From Batkoa obscura (taxonomy: Eukaryota), in assembly GCA_030770535.1 (NCBI GenBank), contig JASVEC010000001.1:620001-684000 (forward strand): a stretch of DNA of 64,000 nucleotides, in the 5' to 3' direction. Positions 51,111-62,905 of this stretch are shown one piece after another (position 1 is the stretch's first letter; every line of letters starts with the position of its first letter). Below the pieces are notes generated by a model, which saw only the letters and a program-made list of their open reading frames with translations, was not told the origin of the DNA and did no database searches. The position numbers were made by a program, and so were the translations under genes.

Positions 51111-51957
51111 TTAAAGAATAGTGCAACATCCACCTTTAGCCTCTTCAACTGCTTCAGGTACTGCATCAGCTTGTTTGTCAGCTTCTCTACGACGGATAAT
51201 TTCTCTAATTAAGTTAGAAAAAATCAATTCAATATTAATTCTTTCCTTTGCTGATGATTCAATAAATAAAGCATCAATAGACTCAGCATACGCTTTAGCA
51301 TCTGCCTCAGTTACCTCTCTAAGATCTTGTAAATCGCATTTGTTTCCCACCAATATCATAGGGCACTAAAAATAAATTATTATAGAATACTATATGATAC
51401 TAAAAAAGTAATTTACAGGTATTTCTTCACGCGCTCTCATAACCTGGGAACGAATAGAATTCAATTCATCAAATGAAGATTTTAAAGTTATTGAGTATAC
51501 TAATAAGAACCCATCACCACCTCTCAAGAATTTATCTGACCATAGCCCACTATTTAAAACATTAATATTTCAAATAAACTTTAATCGTCTTATCTTACCG
51601 ATATTCTTCTTGCCCAGCGGTATCTGTGATATCTAACTGATATTCTACACCATCAACAGTAAAATTCTTACTGTATGAATCCTCTATTTAAATGTTAATA
51701 TCAAAATGATTACTACATAAATAAGCTTACCAATTGTAGGATCATACCTGAGTTATAAATAATTATAAAAATAAGGTAAATAAAACATAACAAAGATGAT
51801 AATAAAATTACTCTTCCATGAATCTAAAATGAAAATTATTATAAATAAAAAGCAGATTTAATAATAATTACTGATTATTAATAAATGAAATCGTTGTGGC
51901 CGATTTACCAACACCACCTGATCCCAACACAACAATATTTAATTTTTCGGTAAGCAT
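51111..51957 (-). CDS. Ras-family small GTPase; exons 51957-51872, 51823-51812, 51747-51731, 51683-51599, 51549-51418, 51366-51111
   Basis: GSGGVGKS, YDPTIEDSY, DTAGQEEY, NKCD, ESSAK and CaaX CTIL. All introns GT-AG and frame-preserving. Confidence 0.94.
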
Positions 51958-52674
51958 TGTATTAAGTCTATTAATAATAGTTGTTAATAGATGTATAGTG
52001 AATTGAAGTGATGTTACTTTAAATTATCTAATTAACTAAATAAGCAGAAAAAGGATACCAGTCGTTTTTCCTTAAGTTTAATATAAAAGGCAATTGAGTT
52101 AGTGAGAGTAAACTAACGAAAATTAAAAAAATAGTAAAAGAACTTCATATAACTATATATTTATATTGAATAGTTGTAAAAAAATCATCAGCCTCAAACG
52201 TCAATCCTTAGTTTGGAAAATTGGTTATTTTTTAATATATTATTATTGATTTAAGATCACCAAAAGTTAATTTTAGTTGTATTTATTGCATATAAATTCA
52301 AATTCTCATACCCTCGATTTTTAACAAATTTGTTGATCTTTTTATGCTTTATGAATTTCACCAATTAAAAAAGCAAAAAGTGCTTGTTTTATTGATTTTC
52401 AATAAAATTAGGTTTATTAAATTTAATAAATTTAATTTAACTAAATCTAATGCAATAACATTTAAAGTAACAAGTTACTATATTTAAAGTGGAAAATTAC
52501 TTCGAATTTATAATTTAAAAAACTAAGTTTTATTTTTGCTTTAGGGAAATATTTTAACATTTAGAAACAATCTTACTAAAATTTAACTGTTAGGCAACTG
52601 TCGATCTCTATGAACTAATATATCTCACTTTGTATGTTTAATAAACAACAAGCTACTTGAATTAATACCAATTT

Positions 52675-52748
52675 GCTTCGGTAGTGTAGTTGGTTATCAC
52701 GTCACCCTTACAAGGTGAAGGTCTCCAGTTCGAACCTGGGCTGAAGCA
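52675..52748 (+). tRNA. tRNA-Val(UAC)
   Basis: Acceptor GCTTCGG/CTGAAGC, anticodon arm TCACC-CTTACAA-GGTGA, T loop TTCGAAC. Confidence 0.96.
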
Positions 52749-54164
52749 ATATTTTTACTGAAACCGGCAGCTAGTACTTTCAACAAGGTGGATACACCTT
52801 TACAAAATGATCGAGTTAAAGAATTGTGAAGGTAAACAAAAACATTTTGGAGCTTTTTTTAATTCATGTACTTTTCTATAGTTTTTATTCTGGTCATGAA
52901 CAATACAAGCTATGACCTCAGAAAAGTTTAGCACACACTATTAAAGATTACTCAAATTGAAGTCCATTAACACGTTTTTCTACTTTTTAAGATTTTTGTT
53001 TAAAATAAAATTGGCTTTCATTGAAATTTGTTCAATTTTTTAACAGTACTTATAACATTTTATTAAATCATTTGCTTGTAATTGTTCATGTTGGAAAATA
53101 AAAACTAAAAAAAATTAAAATTTGAACAGCTTTTCATGTAAAAATTCTAGCTATAGCTAATCTAAATTTTCATTCTATACTTTGTAAAATTACTATTAGA
53201 TTTTATTAAAAGAATTCATAGTTAGAGTTGCAATACTATATCTGTGGCTATAAAACTCACTTGTATATGCCTCCTCAAACTTGCTCATCTATATTTTAAA
53301 ATTGTATTTTAAAATTCTTATTAAATTTAAATTTTATTAAGTAATATTAAGCATACAACAATGAAGATTATTAAAATCGGTACAGTTTCTTGACTAGAGT
53401 CTTTATCAAAAACGGATCTTGTTATTGGAAAAATATGGTAGACTATTTTAAATGCTTCTATCTAATCTGATCTATTAAAAAGAAGTTTTCCATACAGGAA
53501 TGTTTTTTCCTCGAGAATTTAGCTAATAATTTGTTCAAACTGTAGGTTGCTTGAAAGATGGACAAAACATTGAAAAAAATATATTTGCATATCGATATTG
53601 TAATAGGTTGTAGTAAAAGGCCTTTTAGTTGGTCGCAAACTGCTTTTCTAAAAGACCGAGTTTTTTAGCTTTAGAATATTAAATAACTACTAACAGTATT
53701 GATAGCTAAGTAAAGCTAGTTAAAGATAAAAGACAATTGCTTTGACCCAAACTATGATTCAATTTAAAACCAGTGTTTATCCAAAAAGCCAATCATTAAA
53801 TGACATCATATTTAATTTATTAAGGAAATTATGGTCAGTAGTAAAGGCTTATGAGATAGAAGAAATGACTTAATAATATGTTAAAAGTGAATAAAAATTA
53901 TATTTGAAACTTGGTTTATATTATTAAATGTCTAAAAATAAATATTATTTAATCAATTAATATTAGTAAAAAAATTCATATTAAAATAATGATGAAAAGT
54001 TAAATCATGGATAAACAAAGTATTAAGTGAAACTATGCTAAGCCATAGAAGCTAATAAAGTAACTGCATTACAGAGGCTTACTCATTTTTCAAAATAAAA
54101 TCAATAGTCGAACTAGTATAAATACAATTGAAGGAAAGGAAAGAGAATTTATCAAAACGTCAAA

Positions 54165-54716
54165 ATGAAATTTATTTATCTTGTCCCTACTTTATTATCC
54201 AGTCTTGTACTTTCCCAAAATACCCTAGTAGAAAACATCCAAATTTGTATCCGTAATTGTCAATCAGCCAATAATGTTCAATGTGTAGGTCAATGTGTTG
54301 CTGGTTACGGTATGAACGTTCCAGATAGTACTATTGGTGAAATTATCAATGGTATTAACAGTAGTAACAACGGCCAATCTGGATCCGCAAGTCCTTCAGC
54401 GTCTGCTGACCCTTCTCAATCATCTGCAGCTAGTTCAATGGCTTCAGAGTCTTCTTCTGTGGCTAGCTCTATGGCTTCAGACGCATCCAGCTCAATAGCT
54501 TCAGAATCATCTTCGCTTATTAGCTCTTTATCTTCCGTTTCAACTTCTATTTCTAGTGCTTTGTCATCGGCTTCTGCTTCACTCTCTAGTGCATCGAGCT
54601 CGAGAGTATCTTCCATCAGATCATCTACGAGTGCAAATGGATCAGATGGTAATTATATTTATCCCTCAATTACATTTATTGCCATTAGCAATATTATCTT
54701 AGCTTATTCCATGTAG
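54165..54716 (+). CDS. Small secreted Ser-rich, probably GPI-anchored protein with a four-Cys N-terminal motif
   Basis: Signal peptide, CIRNC-x7-CVGQC, Ser-rich stalk, hydrophobic C-terminus. Confidence 0.8.
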   Translation: MKFIYLVPTLLSSLVLSQNTLVENIQICIRNCQSANNVQCVGQCVAGYGMNVPDSTIGEIINGINSSNNGQSGSASPSASADPSQSSAASSMASESSSVASSMASDASSSIASESSSLISSLSSVSTSISSALSSASASLSSASSSRVSSIRSSTSANGSDGNYIYPSITFIAISNIILAYSM

Positions 54717-54793
54717 ATGGTGTATATACACTTATTTAATAAAAACCCTTAATAAAGTCACTCTATAGCTATTCAAATAGCCTTTTGTTATTT

Positions 54794-54891
54794 GAGGATG
54801 TTTTTTTGGTTTCATCACTTTTTCCATCTTTTAAACGTTATTTGAGCAGAAAAATTGTTAGTAAAATCCTTAAACAAAAAAATATATCCTC
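54794..54891. mobile_element. MITE
   Basis: GAGGATGTTTT...ATATATCCTC, ATTT duplicated. Confidence 0.9.
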
Positions 54892-55292
54892 ATTTCTTGT
54901 CTACAAATTTTAAATAGTTTATAATTTTAGTTATGGCATTCATAAACCGTTTGATCATTTTATTCTAGGCTTGTCTTTGAAATGAAATGTTTTGGATTTT
55001 CTGAAGCACTTATGTAATGTTTAATCTAGTGCAAAACAAGAAGCAGTAAACACCACTTCTAGGGCCTATACTAGTACTCAGAAGAAATTTCACTAGGTTC
55101 TCCGATACCCTTTTCCATTCCTTCGCTCCTTTGATTATTATATTTTTTTGAAATCATTTATCAGCTCGATATCTAAGATTAAAACAACCTTAATCAACTT
55201 AAGTTCCCGGTACAAGGATCAGATACCGTTTTAATAAAAATGAAATGCTATTTTTAATGTATTAAAATATTTATTTCTTAAATTACGATCGT

Positions 55293-55766
55293 TTAGATTA
55301 AAGTGGAGAGGAAAGGTACAGCAAAAATGATAGCAGAAATGCTATTTACATATTGGTTAGATGTATTGCCACCAGTAACTGACTTAGATAAAGAAGATAA
55401 TTTAGATGATGCTTCAGATTTAATAGATGAAGATGCGTTAGAAAGGACACTAGAAACTGATGATGCACTAGAAGAGATGGAATTAGAATCAGAGCTTTGA
55501 CTGCTATCCATAGAAGTACTAGTTTGAACAACTACTACAGTAGTTGGACTACTAGCACTTGGGGACTGAGAGCCTTGGCCATTCTCACTGCTACTTGGTG
55601 TAGTTCCGGTGGGAAGCAAGGTTTGACCAAATGAGGCAACACATTGCCCGATACAGACAAAATCACTAGAAGATCTACAGTTTTGAACACAAGAATCGAA
55701 TTGTTGTCTTACAGGGTCTTGGCAGTAAACTAAAGGTAAAATGGATAATAAATAGGCGATTTTCAT
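55293..55766 (-). CDS. Small secreted Ser-rich, probably GPI-anchored protein, paralogue of 54165-54716
   Basis: Signal peptide, CVQNC-x7-CIGQC, shared NGQ..S.SPSAS, hydrophobic C-terminus. Confidence 0.8.
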   Translation of the reverse strand: MKIAYLLSILPLVYCQDPVRQQFDSCVQNCRSSSDFVCIGQCVASFGQTLLPTGTTPSSSENGQGSQSPSASSPTTVVVVQTSTSMDSSQSSDSNSISSSASSVSSVLSNASSSIKSEASSKLSSLSKSVTGGNTSNQYVNSISAIIFAVPFLSTLI

Positions 55767-56116
55767 TGTAAATTAAATTAAGATAAAAATGAAATTTTGA
55801 AGTCGTGATAGCTTTTACTTTGATCTGTTTTATACTTTTTCTTGCTTTAAACATGAGGTAATCATGACATGGGATAGATTCATCGACTGGAATTCAAACT
55901 TAACACATTTCCATTTAGTAAACTTTTATGCCAGACGCTTATTTCGTTAAATAATGTTTTGAATTGATTTAGCTAAGCCTTATTTTGTGAAAATCTCAAT
56001 TTAAATCTAAAAATATCTGAAATTTGTGAATTTAATAATTATTACAAAATTTCTCCTTTTAAATATTATACTTGACTACGAATAAATATATTATAGCAAA
56101 ATACGATCTTTTATAT

Positions 56117-56212
56117 GGGGATATATTTTTATGTTTAAAAATTTTACTAACAACTTTTTCACTCGAATAGCGCTTAAAAGATAGAAAGTGATGAGGCTAA
56201 AAAAAACACCCC
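56117..56212. mobile_element. MITE
   Basis: GGGGATATATTTT...AAAACACCCC, ATAT duplicated. Confidence 0.9.
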
Positions 56213-57492
56213 ATATACCAGTACGTTATTTAAGTGCCAAATAACATTAATATTAATAAAAATTCATTTTCATCTTTTATGAACATATCATATCATCTTT
56301 AAAGCCAATAACTTATGCAGATTTTGTGATAAACTTTTGTTATTTTTATGCATGACCATTAAATTGATTTTGTAATGATATTTCTTCTTTATTATTTCAA
56401 AATGATTACACAATTAAAATTAAAATATTTACTTCATACTTAACACCTTGTTCAAATATCAGTTTATAAAAGACTGTTAATGAAAGAGAAGCTTTGTAAG
56501 ATTTTAAGTGTTTAAATATTTGACATTTAACCGAAATGCATTTATCTAGCATTTTACTTAAATCTATCAAATATTTTTAAAATTCAACTATATTTCAAGG
56601 CTATAAAGATATTGAGTGTATAAAATTACCGAATCATGTGTATTTAATGTTCTAAATGGATGTTTTTTTAAAAATACTAAAATGTACTACAAAAGCTATT
56701 CTAGATAAAAACAATTACTATACTGGTATTAGCATTTATTTCTAAAATTGATTAAAGTATTATATTGTAAAAACTTAAAAATAAAACGTTTATATGGGGA
56801 TGTATTTTTTTGTTTATAATTAATTTGAGGTTCATATTTAATAAAAATTAATAAAAGAAATTCGTATTAGTTGATAGATAAATTTTTGTGCTTTTTAGAT
56901 ATAGTTAACTTTTGGCAAATATTTACATTTATGGCTTTCCAATAGTAAAGAAATAAAATAAAAAATGAACCATTTTATACACTTATTAAAATGATTAACA
57001 TAAATTATATAGCGTATACAAGTTAATAATTTTACCAATTTTGATATTGATTATAAAAATTATTTACTATCAGTATAAAACGTTAGTAAAATTATTTAAT
57101 TTACTTTAAAAGGTAAATTACATTTTTTTTAGACTGCAATATTTTTCCAAGTTTTCAAGTTTAATATAAATGATCTTTTTATTTATTGTATAACTAGGTT
57201 TTTAAATTGAATGATATATTTAAATTTATACTAGTTATATAAATTTATATTAAAACTTGACGTTTACATATAAGAATAATAAAATTTATATTAAGTAATT
57301 TAAATCATTGACATTTTATATTTGAAATATCATAATAATATAGACAAGTTGTGCTCAAATAGCAAGCAAATTCCCTAATAAAAATTATCAAAAGCAAACG
57401 TATAAACTTTGAGTTTATATAAAATACTGCTAAAATATAAATAAGCAATTATATAACAAAGAGTTAATAGCTTTTTTAAAATAATAGTGTTG

Positions 57493-57973
57493 TGTGAAAG
57501 TTGATACTCAGTGGTTGGAGTTAAAACCAGCCCTTGCTTGATTAACTTGCCTTGAGTCGAACGGTCTTACTTTATGTAACTAAGATAGACTTAAATTAAT
57601 AAGAATAGTGCACAATAGGCTATGAACTATGTAAAATAAATAGAATAGAAGATACTACTGTAAAATCTATGTAAGATGTTGTCAGAAAGACTTAGTGACT
57701 TTATTAATGATACAATATCAGGGAGTAATTCAATTAAAAAGCCTCGAGTTATCATGTTGAAGAATCTCTTTTATACTCCAACTGGATGGTTATATATAAG
57801 GAACATTATAACAGTTATTCCTTATTATAGTTGCCAAGTATGGAGATTAAAACATGGACAATAAGTTCTTTGTAATCAGACGATAGAAATTCTCACAGCA
57901 AATCTAAATGAGGAGCTCTGAATTGATTATCATATTATAATCAATCCTAGAGCTAATGAACCGATATTTCACA
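57493..57973. mobile_element. solo-LTR-like element
   Basis: TGTGAAAG...TTTCACA, homologous to the other three copies; flanks GTTG/ATAC do not match. Confidence 0.78.
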
Positions 57974-57981
57974 ATACATAT

Positions 57982-58079
57982 GGGGGTGTTTTTTTGACTT
58001 CATTATTTTTTACATTTTTTAAGCGCTATTTAAGCGAAAAGATTGTTAGTAAAATTCTTAAACAAAAAAATACATCCCC
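57982..58079. mobile_element. MITE
   Basis: GGGGGTGTTTT...ATACATCCCC, ATAT duplicated. Confidence 0.92.
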
Positions 58080-58526
58080 ATATATATTATTAACTATTTA
58101 TTTTTTATTATTTGTTTTTTTATAACAATAGTTTAAAAGTACTTTTCTGGGAAAGACTTCAATTATGTTTATATTTTTAAGAAAAGCTTATAGCATTTAA
58201 AATATTATAAAATTATAAAATTATAAAATTCCAGGCTTTTAAAATTATTATATTAATTTTTGATTTAATTTCTTTCTTTTGATCATATTATTAGTTGTTT
58301 GAAATTATTTATAAAAATGATAAACATGTAATTATTTCAATGTTTTAAATAAAAATCTTATAGCAAAAACTGCTATAAGATTTTTATTTTTGAATTAATT
58401 TTTATTAAGTTTTACTAATAATAGTATACTGCTTATGATTCTACGCTTAAAGCAGTTTACAATGCAACTTTATTTACTTTACCTTACTTTCATAACCTTA
58501 TCGCCCTTTTTCCTTGACTTATGTTT

Positions 58527-58624
58527 GGAAGTGTTTTTTCGGTTTCATTACTTTTCCCATCTTTTAAACGCTATTTGAGTGGAAAAATTGTTAGTAAAAT
58601 TCTTAAACATAAAAATACACTCCC
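58527..58624. mobile_element. MITE
   Basis: GGAAGTGTTTT...ATACACTCCC, flanks GTTT/ATTT. Confidence 0.88.
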
Positions 58625-59245
58625 ATTTTTTCCTTCTAAATGAACTATTTGGGATTCTCTGGCTTTGAAGATTTAAAAATATACGCTTTTGATGGTTATA
58701 TTAAAAATAGCTTATATAAAAAATATTTTCATACTTACGTTTAAAAGCTGTCATGAAATCCCAATAATTGACAATAGCTTATTTAGCCTTCCAAGTAATT
58801 GTGCAACTTTAGTTATTTATAAATTAATAAGCTGGTTAAACTTTTCATATATTAATTTATTGAAGAATTACCTTTTCAGCCAAGAAATAGATGTAAGCTT
58901 TAACGTAATAATGATTTGAATAGTCCTTAAGCGGCCTTTTATATTTAACCCAAACATTTCGAAATTAAAATTTACCAAGCAAAATTAAGTGAATTTTATA
59001 GCCATTAGTCGGCTAAATCATGGTTCTAAGCATGAATAAAATAGAAAATTGGCAGCCAACTTAAAGCCAATAAAAGTTTAACATTTCGAACTTAATTATT
59101 CTTAAGCAATTAAAATTTAAAAATAACTTGAAAATTAAAACATCATAAACAATTTCAAATACACCAATCATTAAATCATACTAAGTGAAAATAAGATATA
59201 TAAATCCAAAAAATGATAGTCCATTGATATTTAAAAAATCTAATC

Positions 59246-59695
59246 ATGAAATTTTACTACTTATTACCTCTTCTCTCTTTCGCAACTAGTCAAGATTCCA
59301 TATCTACTAGTATCGATTCCAATAGCAATAGTATGACTGACAACTCGAGTATAGCTACAGCTACAGCTACTAGCAGTACCATGTTACCAACCTATACCTC
59401 GATTAGTGATATGGATTTATTAGCCAATTTTGGTCAACAAGCGATTGTATGTGCACCAGCAATGTTACAATATCAATTATTTGTTAAATTATTACCATCT
59501 GATATTAAATCCGAAATTGGTTCTATTATTGATAATTATCAAAGTAGTATGAGCGCTTCAGATACTTCAACCAATGATTCTTCATCCACTATCGCTACTT
59601 TGACTGTTTTGTCAACTGCTTCTAGTACCGATGATTCGTCAGATACCTCCTTAGATACCACTGTTACTTCAACTGCTTCTCCAACTTCTAGTTAA
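59246..59695 (+). CDS. Small secreted Ser/Thr/Asp-rich protein of unknown function
   Basis: Signal peptide MKFYYLLPLLSFATS, low-complexity S/T regions, TATATAAA ~45 bp upstream. Confidence 0.72.
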   Translation: MKFYYLLPLLSFATSQDSISTSIDSNSNSMTDNSSIATATATSSTMLPTYTSISDMDLLANFGQQAIVCAPAMLQYQLFVKLLPSDIKSEIGSIIDNYQSSMSASDTSTNDSSSTIATLTVLSTASSTDDSSDTSLDTTVTSTASPTSS

Positions 59696-59961
59696 ATTGT
59701 ATAATTGTATTAAGTGAATAATTTAAATAAACTGTATATGCTATAATTTGTATCGTTTTAATATTATATTTATTAAATCAATTCCTCAAAATTAATAAAA
59801 ATATTGATTCTTGTTTTGATATACAAAAATTATTTAAAATAGAATATCAGATAAAAAACCCTATTTTGATTTTATTAAAATATCTGATTGGAAATTTTGT
59901 AAAATTATATTTATTTAGTGTCATCAAGAATAAAAACAAAATTAAAATCAATAAATTCATT

Positions 59962-60043
59962 CGACACCTGCAGGATTTGAACCTGCGCGGGGAAACCCCA
60001 TGAGCTTTCTAGGCTCACGCCTTAACCGCTCGGCCAAAGTGTC
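59962..60043 (-). tRNA. tRNA-Ser(AGA)
   Basis: Acceptor GACACTT/AGGTGTC, anticodon arm TGAGC-CTAGAAA-GCTCA, long variable arm GGGGTTTCCCC, discriminator G. Confidence 0.95.
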
Positions 60044-60607
60044 TTATTGTTATAGATGTACTTTTAAGTTTATATATAATGTTATCAAAAGTTTAAAATG
60101 ATAATTTAAACAAAACCTAAGTCAATTATTTTAATAGCTGCTTTATTTTATTATTACTACCTAAAAGCGCTTTAGTTATCTTAATTTTGTATTTGAAGTT
60201 TATTGTTATATTAAATCGGGTAGGATAAAATTAGACTTATGCTGATTTTATATTAGTTAATTTTATTAAAAAATAGATTAAGTTTTGAATGCTATTATCA
60301 AACTTATTAAAATAATAATGTTTTTTAAAATTACATTAAAATAATTTAGCTATAAATTAAAAACAATGAAACATTTAATTATAAGACACCTTATTAAATT
60401 TTAGATTTTGTAAAATTGTTTTTTTGATCCAATTTAACTCACTATCAGTTTAATTTTTTAAATACTATGAATAATATTACTTTGTTTTAAACATATAGAC
60501 TCAAAAAGATTAAGAGAAAAAAGTATTCTATTTTAAATTCTACCTTTATCAAATAAATTTTAAAAATAACAATACTTTGATTTTATAGTTTATTGAAACA
60601 GCAATAT

Positions 60608-60706
60608 GAGGGTGTTTTCTTTGGTTTCATCATTTTTTCGATTTTTTAAGCACTATTTAAGCGGAAAGATTGTTAGTAAAATTCTTAAACAAAAAAATAC
60701 ATCTTC
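60608..60706. mobile_element. MITE
   Basis: GAGGGTGTTTT...ATACATCTTC, ATAT duplicated. Confidence 0.9.
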
Positions 60707-60838
60707 ATATTACGCTATTAAATTGTTTAAATCATAACTTGAAGTTATTTTTTACTTTATATAAAATAATTAAAAGTTTAGTGAAGTTCTAAAATGGTAT
60801 ATATTTTTTTAATGTATAGATTCTAACAAGTAAAAAAT

Positions 60839-60910
60839 GGGCGTATAGCTCAGTGGTAGAGCAATCGACTGCAGATCGATAGGTCCCTGGTTCAAATCCG
60901 GGTGCGCCCT
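60839..60910 (+). tRNA. tRNA-Cys(GCA)
   Basis: Acceptor GGGCGTA/TGCGCCC, anticodon arm ATCGA-CTGCAGA-TCGAT, T loop TTCAAAT. Confidence 0.96.
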
Positions 60911-61066
60911 TTATAAAGTACTTTGACTTTTTTATATTGAATAATATAAATAAAATAGAAATATTAATAATTGGCTGTTTTATTTTTATTTTTATTTTAT
61001 TTTCAATTTTATATTAAAAAAACACTTTCCTTTATGTCTATCCTTCTTCCAGTTTATTTCCTTGAA

Positions 61067-62680
61067 TCAATAAAATCCAGATGGCGATAGACACCTTGGT
61101 GGTGATAATATAACATCTGTTCTTTCATTTAAATCAATTAATTTACCTGCTTGGTATAACAATTGTTCCTTAAAATTTTGATCAATTTGGTGATATTTAT
61201 CAAATATAATGACTCGATTAGTCGTAGTTGCTGAGTAATTAGGATCAGGTAAAGAATTTAGATATGAGTTGGAGGGACTGGAAAAGGAGGTAGCTTTGAG
61301 ACGTTGAGAATCATAATACGTTTGTTTTATTAAATTTAAAAATTGTTCATCCATCGATTTCATTACTCTTAATAATTCTCGTGTCACTGGTTTACGTTCA
61401 TTTATTCGTTCTTGTTTATCATTAAATTTACTTTTTAAGGGATAAATATTTATAAAACGTTCTTTTTCAACTTCAAGTTTGGAAGATTTTATAGAAATCT
61501 TATTTGTTTCTTTACTTGTTTCTTCTTTCGCCTTTTCAATGTGACTTATTCCTATCTGTTGTTTTTTACAACTTTGTTGTCCTTTCTTAGTTTCGATCAA
61601 TGCTAATATTTAATTAAATTTAAAATAAAGATTATTATTGTTGAGAATTTTATATTACCTTTCTTTTTTACTTGTTGAATTTCTTCATCGGTACTATCTT
61701 CACTTGCTTCATCTGAGCTATTATCTATGTTAGCTAAAATAGATTAAGTTTTAAAATTTATTATAAAGTAGTAAATATAACTTACCTTTCGATTTATTTT
61801 GTTTAGTTTTATTATTATTATTATTATCGTTGTCATTTTTATTATATTTATTGATAACTTCATTACTTTCTTCATCATCCATCTCTTCATTATTTAAAAA
61901 ATTTTGTTTAATTTTTTTTAATTTAATATTTTGAATCAATTGATTTAATTCATTTTCGTAATTATCAACTATATTTTCCTTAAAAAATAAAATGATTAAT
62001 CAACTTTAAAAATAATAGAATAAAATAATATTCAAATTTACCATAGTATTAACTAAATTTTCATCAATTCCATTAATTTGTTTTATTTTTTTTTTATATT
62101 CTTGAGTTAGAATATCCAGTTCTGATATTGCTTTTAAATTACTACAGTTGGACACAGTGGATTGTAATTTATTAGTTTCGATATCATTATTTTTTGTTAT
62201 CTCTATTTTGTCTATTATAAAGAGTTAGAATTTACTTTTACTCTTACTTTTGCTTTTAACTTTAATTTTGGAACTTACTATTTTCTTCTATAAGTTGATT
62301 ATTATCTGTTATATCAATTTCATCTTCATTTATTATCCTTGAAGTTTTATTGTTTACTAAAAAATGTATTTGATTTTATTACTCTTTTTTTAAAAAAAAG
62401 AAAAAAGAAAGAATTTACTATTGTTTTCACGTTGTTGAAATATATCTAATAAAATAAAAAGTTAAGATAAATGATAATTTTTATAAAACTATTAAATAAA
62501 ATAAAATAAAATAAAATAAAGTTTACCTTCAAAAAAGAGGTTCATATTCATCTCTAATATTTCATTTTTAAAATCATCTTCAAATAAAATTTCATTATCT
62601 TGATATTGTTTTTCTTTTGTTTCTTCTATTATTAACCATGGTTTTGATAAAGTATTGATCTTTTTTTTAGTATGTGGCAT
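61067..62680 (-). CDS. Multi-exon gene for a charged, low-complexity protein of unknown function
   Basis: ORF pieces 62680-62492, 61939-61751 and 61600-61067 are separated by GTAA.. donors and ..TAG acceptors on the minus strand. Exon boundaries not fully resolved. Confidence 0.55.
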
Positions 62681-62905
62681 ATCAAGTGAAATAATTGAGA
62701 TTAAAATTTAATAAACAAATATTCAATTAATTTTTATGAACAATTTTAAAAAAAATAAATTTAAAAAAAATATTCTGATAAAATTAAAATTCAAGCGAAT
62801 GATTTCATTGGTTCAAAAAATTACCATAAAAGTGAATTTATTTTTATAAAAAAATTCATTAAATAATTTCATTCCTTTTCTTTCACTCTTAAATTATTTT
62901 CAATA

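Noticed and set aside
57676..57864. 62-aa ORF
   Set aside because: Lies inside a solo-LTR-like element, has no recognisable motif and its start codon is not shared by the other copies.
3596..60706. Recurrent ~97-bp repeat as a CRISPR array or a tRNA-derived SINE
   Set aside because: Dispersed, both orientations, TIRs plus TSDs, no spacers, no A/B boxes or poly(A) tail.
61067..61120. C-terminal SPPRCLSPSGFY as a Sae2/CtIP-like TPxGFW motif
   Set aside because: No RHR or CxxC motif seen upstream; the similarity is too short.
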